From Cyanophora paradoxa CCMP329 (lineage: Eukaryota > Plantae > Glaucophyta), in NCBI GenBank assembly GCA_004431415.1, contig QPMI01000084.1, positions 1-64,000 of the forward strand: a DNA stretch of 64,000 nucleotides. Direction: 5' to 3'. Positions 45,935-55,933 of the stretch are shown piece after piece; position 1 is the stretch's first letter; each line of letters begins with the position of its first letter. The notes under the pieces are model-generated. The model did no database searches, was not told the origin of the DNA, and saw nothing but the letters and a program-made list of their open reading frames with translations. A program made the translations under genes and the position numbers.

Positions 45935-46282
45935 GGATCAATCTGAATAATATAATTTCTCAAACATTGTTAGCGCTACGTAACCAATCCTATCCCGTAG
46001 GCTCAAAACTTCTTCATTTTTATGGAGGCGTTGTAGAGCGAAGTGAAATATCCATAGGTAAATCACTTTAATCACCTGTTCTACCGGTTCAGTGGTAGAA
46101 ACTTGCAGCCGACAAGTGAACCTTCTGGGTATCGGTGGCTTTATCATTTTTCCAGCATCTTCTTTCGTACTGGATGCTCTGCAATCGGGACCAAAATTTG
46201 ACAGGAGTTTATTCGCTATATACAGACAGAAAAACTACTTAAAGATTTCTTAACATATATTAAGAGAGTAGAAAAGGACAAC

Positions 46283-46540
46283 ATGCCAATCAGTGAGGCT
46301 CAGAAGCGTGCTACTTATCGTTATCGTAAAACTGAAAAAGGTCAGGAATATTTGAAAAAGTACAATGCCAGATTTGCAAAGCAAATGCGTGACTTATACC
46401 ATACTGATGAGTGTTACAGAGCCATGAAGATCGTTGAGAGTTCCCAGCGTCTCTATGCTTCCAATGCAGTCTGCTTTGTGAAGTATCTCTATGGTGTCCC
46501 GTATTCTAACCGTGGTCGCAAATCGAAATATCTCTGTTAA
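46283..46540 (+). CDS. Small basic, probably DNA-binding, protein
   Basis: SEAQKRATYRYRK..MRDLYHTDECYR; similar to 54244-54474. Confidence 0.6.
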   Translation: MPISEAQKRATYRYRKTEKGQEYLKKYNARFAKQMRDLYHTDECYRAMKIVESSQRLYASNAVCFVKYLYGVPYSNRGRKSKYLC

Positions 46541-46781
46541 TCGTTTTTCTCAGCGCGATCTGCTCTGAGAAACCCGTGGGAAACGCGCTGGAACCACAAA
46601 TATAATCATTCTGTTATTTTTAGAGTTCGATGATCGAGCCAACCCTTTGTTATTTTTATGAATGCCCTCGACTAAATTTATTTTGTTGGAGACTTTTGGT
46701 TTTGTCGGTAAAATTTGACGCGAGTATAAAAGTATTTAAAGAAAACTTTTGTAGGTATATATTAATAGAGTGAACAAAGAA

Positions 46782-49700
46782 ATGCCTCGACCAAGTAATC
46801 GAATTTCGAAAAATTTGCAGGATGAGATTCTTGGCTACTACATGCAAGCAAAAGTAGAAGACAAATTGACCCGAGAGCAGGATATCTATTTCTTGAGAGA
46901 ATTTACTTTCAAAGCAATTAGAATTCCAAAGTTGATTGATATCAGAGATACACTGAGAGGTATCGTAGAGCCTCGTTTGTATCGCAAGCAGGAGAAGAAG
47001 GAGAAGAGGGCTGAGAGAGCCGCTAAGAATGTTGAGAAGCAAAACAAGAAAGCGGAGCAAGCGAGAGAGCGGAAGCGCTTGACTCCTTTCCAGCAGATGA
47101 TTGCTAACCTCCGTGAGTTTGTTGAAAACTCACCTGGAAACATGGTCACCCTGAATGTGAGACTCTTCCGTGAGTTGCAAGAGGGAGAACAAGCCCCTGC
47201 AAATGCAAACAGGGTCACTGAGAATGGTGTGACCTACATTGAATCGAAGAGGCTTCGGAACAATCGCCCCTTTGGTATCCAGTGTACCAAGGCAGCTTTT
47301 CTGAATGCTCTCGGTCTGGTTCAATCCACCTTCAATACGTTCCCATGTGTTGAGGGGACTGTCATTGCTGAATTTATTGCAGCAGTTATTGAGTTTAACT
47401 CGACCAATCAAGATTTCCGCTACCTAAAACTAATTGAGCAAGATACCTACCCCGATATTATGACAATTGAAAGAGTCATCACGACAGATAATGAAGAATA
47501 CATCCCAAGAAATGAACAAGTCCTCAGAGACAATACAAACGCTCCAATGATTATTTCGAATTTCATTAAAAACGAAGGGAACCCCCAAGCCACCACATTC
47601 AAGGAAATGTTCTTGAAAGGTGATTCATTCAAGGTTGGGAAGTGTGTTTTCGATGTCCTCATCAAATGGTTTGGAGGAGCGTTTGAGAAGGCTAAGACCA
47701 AAGGGAAATACAAGCGAATCGATTGGTCTTACAACGGACTCTTTAAGATGGTGAATGGGCGAGACCCTGTTGAAGGAGATGATTGGGGCATTTCTTTCAA
47801 GTCCATTTCGGAGAAGGTTCTTGACCCACTGCGCCTAGGCATGGTTACAATTGGAAAGGACGACAGAACCCCTGTCCCTGAACTGACTTTCCTGCCCAAG
47901 ACCAGGAACACACACTTGACCCCTTCTGTTGCATATGTGAAGATTGAGAATGGTCACATGTATTTGTTAAATCACAATATTAAGGCTCTCACACAGTCCT
48001 TCAATGGCTCCAAGCCAAAAGATACCAATGTTCCACTCAGTTCTCGTTACAAGATTATAAAGCAAAGAAGGTTCAAGGAGTTTGCCACAAATCCCGATGA
48101 CATTCTGAGAATTGTCAGGTCTGACAATCCAAAGAACCAATCGAGCATTCGAATCTGCTATGGTGGTTCACTGGATGAACTACTCAGAGAGTTCATTGTG
48201 GTGCATAATTATCAGGTCCAACCTGGGTTCTCCCAAATCGGAAAGGCAACCCATATTCGTTTCACTATTGACGATAAGGATGTTGTCGTGACCCCACCTG
48301 GTAACGATACAGATGTGGAAACAGCTTTCGAGATTAGCTTCAAGAATGCTGAGTACAGAGATAAATTCGAGAAACTAAATCTGGATATGTATAGGTCTCT
48401 AATCAACACTTCCAACAAGAGTACTTACAATGAGCAAACCATAAATGCATTCAAGAATGGAGTGCAGACTGCCCTTCGTGGTCTCTTTGATGTGGATGAG
48501 GAGACCTTTGATGAAATTCGCTATAACACAGATATTTACGAGTTCGATATGTGCAAAGCATACCCTTACATTGTAGCCTTGATGATCAAATTCGTTCCTG
48601 TTCTCAGCAAGTTCGATGTCTTCAAGAGTGTGACAATCACAGATGCAGAGCAAATCGAGGAATACAGCTTCTATTACGTGAAACTGGACGACAAATACTT
48701 TTTCAAAGCCAAAGACAAGAACGGAAAGGAGTACGAAGCAAACACCTACAACAGATACAAGAGGATGATCATTGATTCCAAGTACAATGTTGTTCCTGGT
48801 TTGGTTCTCAAAAAGCATTTCGAGGATTTCAAGGATGACATCTCCATCAAAGCGGTTCTGCGACCTTACAAACTCATTCCCAACCTTGCAGGCAACACAG
48901 TTGCTCGAATCTTAGATAGCGACCTCGATCCTGTTGATAAGAAGCAGATCTTGGTGAGTGCAATTGGGCAAACTGGAAAGCAACGAAATAGCAGAGTGAA
49001 AACCACCATTTTCCACAACAGAGACGATGCGATCGAGTTCCAGAAACAGAACGGAGGGGAGGTTAAAATTTACCTCTTTGGTGAGACTCTTGCCACTTAT
49101 GAGGAGACAGAGTTCGTTCTGTGTGAGGAAGAGATGACCGAACCCCATATCTACTATGTCAATCAGGTAGCAGAAAAGCAGCTCATTGATGGCTTCATGC
49201 CATTGTACACTACCCTCTTGTCAATTATGAGGATGTGTATGTATGAGAAGTGTGTCGAACTCGCTAAACAGCAGATCCGACCACTCGCTTTGAACACCGA
49301 TTGTGTTTATGGGATCGCTTATGAACCCATTGCCCCAGTGTCATTCGATCGCAATGCCTTTGAGAATATTGGAAAATTCAGTGTGAAATGCTGCCCCAAT
49401 TTTTCTAAAAAGTTTTCAGGTGAGAAGAAAGACCTCGAGGCAAAACGAATTCGTTACGGAAAGTTTGAGAGAGCGACTGACTTTGTGAAAATCGAGAACT
49501 ACAGTTATACCAAACACTCTGTGGTTGATGAGTATGACACAACCGCGATTTGTGATTTGCTGGCTACACAAAAACGATGGGTTCTTCTCGGATCAGTTCC
49601 AGGAGTTGGAAAGACTCACATGACAGTTGAATATGGGAAGCGTTTCAAAAATCCCCTCTATATTGTTCCGACCAACAAGCGAGTGAAGGAAATGAAAGAG

Positions 49701-50870
49701 CAAGGATTGAAAAATGTGAAGACAATCTATGATGCCCTTCATCTCAAAATCGATGAGTCGAACATGGATGAAATCGTAGGAGGGAATGCATCTGGTTTGG
49801 TAGAATTTGATTGCATTGTTATTGATGAGATCTGTCAGTTTAAGATTGGAGAACTGGCAGCCCTGGACCACATCATGAATGAGCAGTTCCCAGATAAGGT
49901 ATACATTGCCACAGGTGACCCGTATCAGAACCCACCCATTCAGGATATGAGTGTTGATCAAGATGAGTATTACCTTGATATCCTCCATCGCCTGTTCCCC
50001 AACGAATTGTTACTCCAAGTGAACAAGCGCCATGAGACTGAGGAAGATCGCAGAAAGGTTGAGCAAATTCGAATTGATTTATTCGAGAAAGGTTTGAGTG
50101 TAAGTGAGGTCCTAGCAAAGTACGGGTTCAAGGTTGTGGACGAATTGGCAAAGACAGATAAAGGCATTGTGTATACAAACCGCAAGGGTGCAGAGGTGAA
50201 CCTAGCCCTTCACAAAATGAACTACGGGGATAATGTTTCCATTTATGCTGGCGGGATCAAAGTTGTTGCAAAGACTCGTATTGCAAAGGGTGGGAAGATA
50301 GTTCATAATGGATTTGTCTACAAGATTGTCAAGCTCTCAAAGGACAGTTTCATTATTGCTGACATTGCCAACAAGAAGGATGAGATTGTTCTCAGCAGGG
50401 ATGCAGTCAAACATTTCGCCCTGGCTTACGCAAACACCTGCCATGTTGTTCAAGGTGATACGATTCGCTGCAAAGGGAACAGGGTAGTCGTGTTCGAAAC
50501 TGGGGCGCCATTTGTTTCAAAGAAGTGGCTATATGTTGCTCTCACTCGAACCACAAGGCTGGATGATGTTGTTATTTACCATGATAATTTCGAAATGGCT
50601 CACTGGAAAGTGTGGAAAAGAGAGAATAACGAGAAGATTTCGACTTACAAGGATCAGGACCGAGCAGCAAACAGACAATTCGATGAGCATGATTACATCA
50701 CATGGGATTGGATCAAGCAGCGATATGGGAAGCAGTATGGGCATTGCCTGCGATGCTACAATGCCATGGACTTTGAAGATATTTCGGTAGATCGAATTAA
50801 TAATGCTGTGGCTCACATTACCAAAAATTGTTTCCTCTCTCATATTAAGTGTAACTGTGCCGCCCAATAA
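46782..50870 (+). CDS. Divergent pPolB - SF1 helicase - HNH-like fusion
   Basis: Pol motifs YEFDMCKAYP, KQILVSAIG, LNTDCVY. SF1 motifs GSVPGVGKT, IVIDE, TGDPYQNPP, YANTCHVVQGDT, LYVALTR. C-terminal CLRC..SVDRINN..H...NC...H..CN. Confidence 0.85.
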   Translation: MPRPSNRISKNLQDEILGYYMQAKVEDKLTREQDIYFLREFTFKAIRIPKLIDIRDTLRGIVEPRLYRKQEKKEKRAERAAKNVEKQNKKAEQARERKRLTPFQQMIANLREFVENSPGNMVTLNVRLFRELQEGEQAPANANRVTENGVTYIESKRLRNNRPFGIQCTKAAFLNALGLVQSTFNTFPCVEGTVIAEFIAAVIEFNSTNQDFRYLKLIEQDTYPDIMTIERVITTDNEEYIPRNEQVLRDNTNAPMIISNFIKNEGNPQATTFKEMFLKGDSFKVGKCVFDVLIKWFGGAFEKAKTKGKYKRIDWSYNGLFKMVNGRDPVEGDDWGISFKSISEKVLDPLRLGMVTIGKDDRTPVPELTFLPKTRNTHLTPSVAYVKIENGHMYLLNHNIKALTQSFNGSKPKDTNVPLSSRYKIIKQRRFKEFATNPDDILRIVRSDNPKNQSSIRICYGGSLDELLREFIVVHNYQVQPGFSQIGKATHIRFTIDDKDVVVTPPGNDTDVETAFEISFKNAEYRDKFEKLNLDMYRSLINTSNKSTYNEQTINAFKNGVQTALRGLFDVDEETFDEIRYNTDIYEFDMCKAYPYIVALMIKFVPVLSKFDVFKSVTITDAEQIEEYSFYYVKLDDKYFFKAKDKNGKEYEANTYNRYKRMIIDSKYNVVPGLVLKKHFEDFKDDISIKAVLRPYKLIPNLAGNTVARILDSDLDPVDKKQILVSAIGQTGKQRNSRVKTTIFHNRDDAIEFQKQNGGEVKIYLFGETLATYEETEFVLCEEEMTEPHIYYVNQVAEKQLIDGFMPLYTTLLSIMRMCMYEKCVELAKQQIRPLALNTDCVYGIAYEPIAPVSFDRNAFENIGKFSVKCCPNFSKKFSGEKKDLEAKRIRYGKFERATDFVKIENYSYTKHSVVDEYDTTAICDLLATQKRWVLLGSVPGVGKTHMTVEYGKRFKNPLYIVPTNKRVKEMKEQGLKNVKTIYDALHLKIDESNMDEIVGGNASGLVEFDCIVIDEICQFKIGELAALDHIMNEQFPDKVYIATGDPYQNPPIQDMSVDQDEYYLDILHRLFPNELLLQVNKRHETEEDRRKVEQIRIDLFEKGLSVSEVLAKYGFKVVDELAKTDKGIVYTNRKGAEVNLALHKMNYGDNVSIYAGGIKVVAKTRIAKGGKIVHNGFVYKIVKLSKDSFIIADIANKKDEIVLSRDAVKHFALAYANTCHVVQGDTIRCKGNRVVVFETGAPFVSKKWLYVALTRTTRLDDVVIYHDNFEMAHWKVWKRENNEKISTYKDQDRAANRQFDEHDYITWDWIKQRYGKQYGHCLRCYNAMDFEDISVDRINNAVAHITKNCFLSHIKCNCAAQ

Positions 50871-51931
50871 TGGATAGTGTATTATCATTCAAAAAGTATA
50901 GGCAGAAACTGATTAATGAAAAAGTGAGTTTTGATGAAAAAGAGTTGAAAAAGAAGTTCAAAAACTCAGAACTCCAGCAAATTTACAAGAAACCAAGGAA
51001 ACCCAAATCGTTTCTTCGCATAGTGGCAAAGCCTAGATCGTTTCAAATCGATATAACATATTTCAGAGGGTTTCAGACTGCCAACAATGGCATTTTCAAA
51101 ATGCTTAGTTTCGTAGACATACTTAGTCGCAAAGGATTTGTTTATCCTTTTAAAAACAGCAGTGAGATCCCGAGCATTTTAAATAGGTTCAAGCAAGAAG
51201 CAGGCAAAGTTAATGCTCTCTCTGGGGATAATGAGTTTTCCCAGGCAGTATACCGAAATTGGTGCAGTGAACATGGTGTAATGCTATACACAGATGTGGC
51301 AAAGGATGACCACATCACAGTAGGAGATAAACTGGGGATAATTGATAGGTTCACTAGGACTTTCAAACAGTATCTCAGAAAATCGATGACAGCAAAGGGA
51401 ACCACGAAATGGATCGATCTACTTAGTGATGTAATTGACTTGTATAATAGCAGTCCCCATTCTGCATTGAAAAATGACTCTCCAAATGCAGTGTATACAA
51501 ATGAAGATAAACAGTTATTTATTTACATGAGGGATACTGTTCACAACAATCGTGTAAAGGAGGCTGATACTAATCAAGTGAAACCAGGAGACACAGTTCG
51601 AGTTTTGCAACCAAAGGGATTGTTTGAAAAAGAAGGTGCGCAATTCAGTCAGAAGGTCTACACTGTTGCAAAGGCTGATAGGAATCGTTTCAAAGTGCTT
51701 GAAGATAATGATGGTGAGGAAACAAAAGAAGTGAAGAGGAGATTTAAGAAACAAGAATTGCAAAAGGTGAATAAAGATGATATCATTAAGATACCATCAC
51801 AAAAACGGATTCAGCAGGTTAATAAAACGAATAAAGTGAATCGATTGGTAGCAAAAGAAGGCATAAAACCCAATCGAAGTAATGTTGTAAGGAGAAGATA
51901 CAATCTGAGAAGTGGTTTAACGAAACGCTAA
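50870..51931 (+). CDS. rve DDE integrase
   Basis: FQIDI, DILSRK, SGDNEF, GIIDRFTRTFK, YNSSPHSAL. Confidence 0.88.
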   Translation: MDSVLSFKKYRQKLINEKVSFDEKELKKKFKNSELQQIYKKPRKPKSFLRIVAKPRSFQIDITYFRGFQTANNGIFKMLSFVDILSRKGFVYPFKNSSEIPSILNRFKQEAGKVNALSGDNEFSQAVYRNWCSEHGVMLYTDVAKDDHITVGDKLGIIDRFTRTFKQYLRKSMTAKGTTKWIDLLSDVIDLYNSSPHSALKNDSPNAVYTNEDKQLFIYMRDTVHNNRVKEADTNQVKPGDTVRVLQPKGLFEKEGAQFSQKVYTVAKADRNRFKVLEDNDGEETKEVKRRFKKQELQKVNKDDIIKIPSQKRIQQVNKTNKVNRLVAKEGIKPNRSNVVRRRYNLRSGLTKR

Positions 51932-51932
51932 A

Positions 51933-52336
51933 TCATGGGAGACACGGCGGATGAAAAGGATATAACTTCGATTAAATATAATTAATCGAGATTATGATAT
52001 AACTTCGATAAATAAGATTTAAGATATAACTTCGATTAATTCGATTTTTGTTACTGAGGCTTACTGAGATTTAGTGAGATTTGGAATTGGGTTACTGTGA
52101 ATGGTTTGTTTTTCTTGGGAATTGTTTTGGAGACACGGCGCATAAAAAAGATATAACTTCGATAAGATATAATTAATCGAGATTATGATATAACTTCGAT
52201 TAATTCAATGTTTCTTACTGAGGCTTACTGAGATTTACTGATATTCAAGATTGGGTTACTGGGAATGGTTTGTTTTCTGATTTGTTTTTGATTTTTTCGC
52301 GGGTATTTTTTTGGAGACACGGCGCAGTGCTGAGCT
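51933..52336 (-). repeat. Right TIR of element C
   Basis: Ends ...GGAGACACGGCGCAGTGCTGAGCT, followed by TSD TTGCA. Confidence 0.95.
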
Positions 52337-54033
52337 TTGCATCATGTGGGCAAACCACTTTTTAAGATAATCGAATGTCTTATCATCTTCGCCTGACATT
52401 AAATATAGATGTGTCAGAAAAGGCTGAATCATCTCTTCTGTCACATCCTCGGGGGGCGGCTCCTCGAATTCTTCATGATCAATCTTGAATCCAGGGTAGA
52501 GATTAAACACAGACTTGCATTTCGCGCTCAGCTTTGCAGGAGGCGGCAGGAAATCCATATAAGTGGATCGTGTCGCCCTTGGGTCAGTAATCCATTCAGG
52601 TAGCGTTTTTACCCACTTTTCGGTTTGGTTCTCAGTCCCCTCATTGAGAATCACCTTGTGAAACAGATGGGGAAAATGTTTGGTCGCCAATTTCGTAATA
52701 TCTTTCGGTCGCCAGGATAATAGCTGTTCATCCCAATACATGACAGTGCCGATGCTCTCGATGTGATGCAGCCTCGCATTTAAATATCGCAGATGGACTT
52801 CAAAGCTATCGACCATAGGTGGAATGGGGGCAGTCTTGTAGTCAATATCGTCGGAATCCTCAGGCTGAAACGAATATTTCTTGGGAATAGCTTATTATAA
52901 CTGTCGCTGTTATCCTTTTTCAGCCAGTAAACAATCGAACCGAATGTGACTCGCTTCCCTTCCACCATTTTCTTGCCTTTGCAAAGGCTCATGAACTTCT
53001 CATGACAGTCATCATATTCATATTTTTCGCTTTTCTCCGAGAACTTATGAAATAGCTCTACTTGTTGCTTGCGAGGGATATTGTTGTCTTCGCAAGTATT
53101 GATTATAGCAATACCTACGTCGATCCATGTCTTATATTCATTAGCTCGCTCGCCACTGAGGCTCATAATGACTTCTTGCAACAGTTCAAACGAAACCTTA
53201 TTATCTTTGAGATCCTCCAACACCTCCTCCTTCTTCTTCACAGGTTCTTTACAGGGCTTGTCCTTAACAGACTTGGGCGCCACCGTTTGCTTAGGTTCCT
53301 CAGGCTTTGTAGCTTCCTTTGGTTTATCGACCGCAAAGGCTGACATGGTGTCTACTTCCACCCACTTAGTGGGGCGATCGAAACATTGCACCAGGAAAAA
53401 ACCATCGTGCATGCCTTCTTTCTCGCAATCAATAAACTTAGTGAACACCACATTCTTATCGACATCGTGCTTTGATTTGCTTTGAGCGTCCAAAGCTTCG
53501 CCTTTGCAGCAACGGAGGCAGATCAGGTTTTGAGTTGTTCCATAAACGCCACTATCGAATTCGACATTTTTGATGAGACCCATCGCTTTAAAAAGCTTTG
53601 GAATGTCTTCGTGGCGGCAGACCAGATCGGTAAATACGAAATGCCCGGAAATCTTGAACTTAGTGACATTCTCTTTGATTAAATGAACCCGGCGATGGCG
53701 AACAGCAACCGCAATTGTAGATCCCGACAGGGTTTGCAATTTCTTGCGCATTTCCCTGATGATCTCTTCGGCTTCCTTATAGTTGTCGGCTACATCAGGT
53801 TTCAGATCAACGAACTTGTCCAGATCCAGATAAACACGAGTCACTTGATCAGGTTGTATGCATTCCGCCCATGTAGGATAGGTCATATTGTCCCGTTTCT
53901 TTGAGTTATTGATGCGCTCAATAATTTCATCATCGGTTAACTCAACCAAATTGGACTTATTGCGTGCACCTTGCAGACATTTCAGAAAGGTGCCCTTGAC
54001 ATTAGAGAATGCGAATTTCGTGATAGCGTCCAT
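52337..54033 (-). pseudogene. AEP primase + PriCT-2: 5' part of the interrupted primase-helicase gene (also a -1 shift in the G-run at 52883-52885)
   Basis: YLDLD, ISGH, DSGVY; EYKTWIDVGIAI..FHKFSEKSEKY; FNLYPGF; KKWFAHMMQ. Confidence 0.9.
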
Positions 54034-54243
54034 CTTCTCTGTTTTACTCTAAGCGGAGAAAATATTTTTCAGGTTGTTCATTTTTTGCGCATTATCCTTA
54101 AATCCCTTTACAGTTTTTTCCCGATGATAAAATCGATTAGCATCGGGGCAATCGATAGTATGGTAAGGAGCTTCCCGATTTACATCGGAAAGCCGCACGA
54201 AAAATAAGGAATGCGCTCAGCGGCAATCGAGAGTTTGCGTTTT

Positions 54244-54474
54244 CTAATACTTACGGGGGCGCCCCCGCTTTCCCATATGGCTTCCCTCCTCGGCTTTGCG
54301 ACGATAATACGATTCCAAAGCCATCTTCTTCTTGAATTCGCGATATTCGGGATCCTCGTTATACCGATTCCGCATTTTGATGATTTCACGGATCCGATAA
54401 TTAAGTCCGTCGCCTTTCTTCATGTCCTCAGTGACAAGCTTTGCCTCAATATTTACAGCAGCGATGGTGGTCAT
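54244..54474 (-). CDS. Small basic protein with C-terminal AT-hook
   Basis: MRNRYNEDPEYREFKK..KRGRPRKY. Confidence 0.65.
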   Translation of the reverse strand: MTTIAAVNIEAKLVTEDMKKGDGLNYRIREIIKMRNRYNEDPEYREFKKKMALESYYRRKAEEGSHMGKRGRPRKY

Positions 54475-54691
54475 CTTTTCGTTCCTTACTATAAGCGGAG
54501 AAAATATTTTATCAGTCGTATTTCCTATTTCTTCTTTAAATCATTTTCTGAGCTGTCATTTTTTGTGATCGAAGCGAGTTCTTCTCTACGTTTTTTAATA
54601 GCGACTTCCAATGCGTATTGCGCGCGTTTCCTGTATAGGATCGCGTAGAGATCGGGTCGGGCATTCGATACTATTTAACGCGAAAATAGTT

Positions 54692-55039
54692 TCAGCGATC
54701 GTATTCGCCCAAATAAAGCGGATTTATTGGCGGATACGGGGAATCAACGCGAAAATGACCTTCCACGGAATTAGGGCACGAGCGGCGTCTTATATAGGAT
54801 ACTTGCACGTCTTCTATTGCTGTCTGTGGGACTATATTGGAGTTCGCAGGCACAGGCGAGGGCGATTGAGATCGGGGACGATCGTGATTATCACTGTGGT
54901 TGGAATATACAGATGATCGCCTACCTCCATTATCCTCGTCCGAAATGTCAAACTCTACGGTTGTGTCGCAGCATCCGGACTTACAGTGAGATATGAAATG
55001 CAGGTGAAACATCTCAATGCATTGTGTGATGAAATTCAT
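54692..55039 (-). CDS. Hypothetical protein with an HCKSGCC motif
   Basis: The ORF track extends to 55216; the start is uncertain. Confidence 0.4.
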   Translation of the reverse strand: MNFITQCIEMFHLHFISHCKSGCCDTTVEFDISDEDNGGRRSSVYSNHSDNHDRPRSQSPSPVPANSNIVPQTAIEDVQVSYIRRRSCPNSVEGHFRVDSPYPPINPLYLGEYDR

Positions 55040-55238
55040 CGACCCTAATATTGCACAACGTATTAAATATTGGAGAAAAGAAAAGGGAATGAGGGTGTTA
55101 CTTGCTCGCCTGTTCCCATACGAATTAGTCGACCTTATAATGGTGTTTGTGGAGCCGACCTGTCCTTTTGCAAGGGAATTCATATTAAGACCCGCTCTAA
55201 ATACGGGCGGATTCATTTATGTTTGAACGACTTGCACA

Positions 55239-55910
55239 TTAGAAGCGACGACGCCCACCGAACATAGATGACAGATTGGCACCCGGCTGTGCATGCACAC
55301 CCGATGGGTTAACGAAACCGCCCGGCTTTGGTGCATTTTCAGCTATGACTGTCTCTTTTCTTTCGACTGTCTGAACATCGGGAACAGTTGCCCGCTTCTT
55401 TTCCATTTCCACGCGAACAGCTTGTTTAATCAGCTTGCGCTGTTTGTATTCCTTAGTGAAATCATCAAAGGCTCGCACAGTAGTGTCGTATGTAGCTAAA
55501 CGCGCTTCCAGTGCCCTAAACTTCTCCTCTAATTCCTGACCGACTTTCTCGCCCTTGGTCACATAGACAGATGCCCGCTTTTTAGGGGCTTCCATCGATG
55601 CAGGTAAAGCGGCTGTTGCTTCGGCTTTTACCACCTTATTATCGGTTAGCTTTTCGCCTGTGAGCTGTGATTCGGCGAGGGATTGATCCGCCAGCTTTCT
55701 ATCAGTGGAATCGACCGGCTCCCGCTTAGCATCCGCCTTTTGAGCACGCTCTGAAACCTTTGTATTCGGGTCAATCAGATCGAAATCTATTTGGTCAGAA
55801 GCGGCAGCACCGCCAGTGCGACCGGCATCCTCCGCAGGATTAATCTTGCCAGCGACAACAGCGCTTTGATCTTCCATTTGGATAGCTTTCCGCGAGTTCT
55901 TGGGTGGCAT
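55239..55910 (-). CDS. Hypothetical coiled-coil protein
   Basis: Intact 223-aa ORF with the element leader motif. Confidence 0.65.
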   Translation of the reverse strand: MPPKNSRKAIQMEDQSAVVAGKINPAEDAGRTGGAAASDQIDFDLIDPNTKVSERAQKADAKREPVDSTDRKLADQSLAESQLTGEKLTDNKVVKAEATAALPASMEAPKKRASVYVTKGEKVGQELEEKFRALEARLATYDTTVRAFDDFTKEYKQRKLIKQAVRVEMEKKRATVPDVQTVERKETVIAENAPKPGGFVNPSGVHAQPGANLSSMFGGRRRF

Positions 55911-55933
55911 TTATCATTATGCGAGAAATTTAT

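Larger units (their letters stand above)
40795..52336. mobile_element. Element C: complete 11,542-bp mini Polinton-like virus nested in element B
   Basis: TIRs start AGCTCAGCACTGCGCCGTGTCTCC; TSD TTGCA at 40790-40794 and 52337-52341; carries ATPase, MCP, penton, Pol-helicase and integrase. Confidence 0.95.

Noticed and set aside
45938-46147. Small ORF possibly homologous to 35801-35965 (PIP..F..K.I.L)
   Set aside because: Similarity is too weak to support by eye.
52860-52890. Programmed frameshift in the primase gene
   Set aside because: One extra base in a homopolymer restores the frame and no slippery heptamer is seen; sequencing error or decay is simpler.
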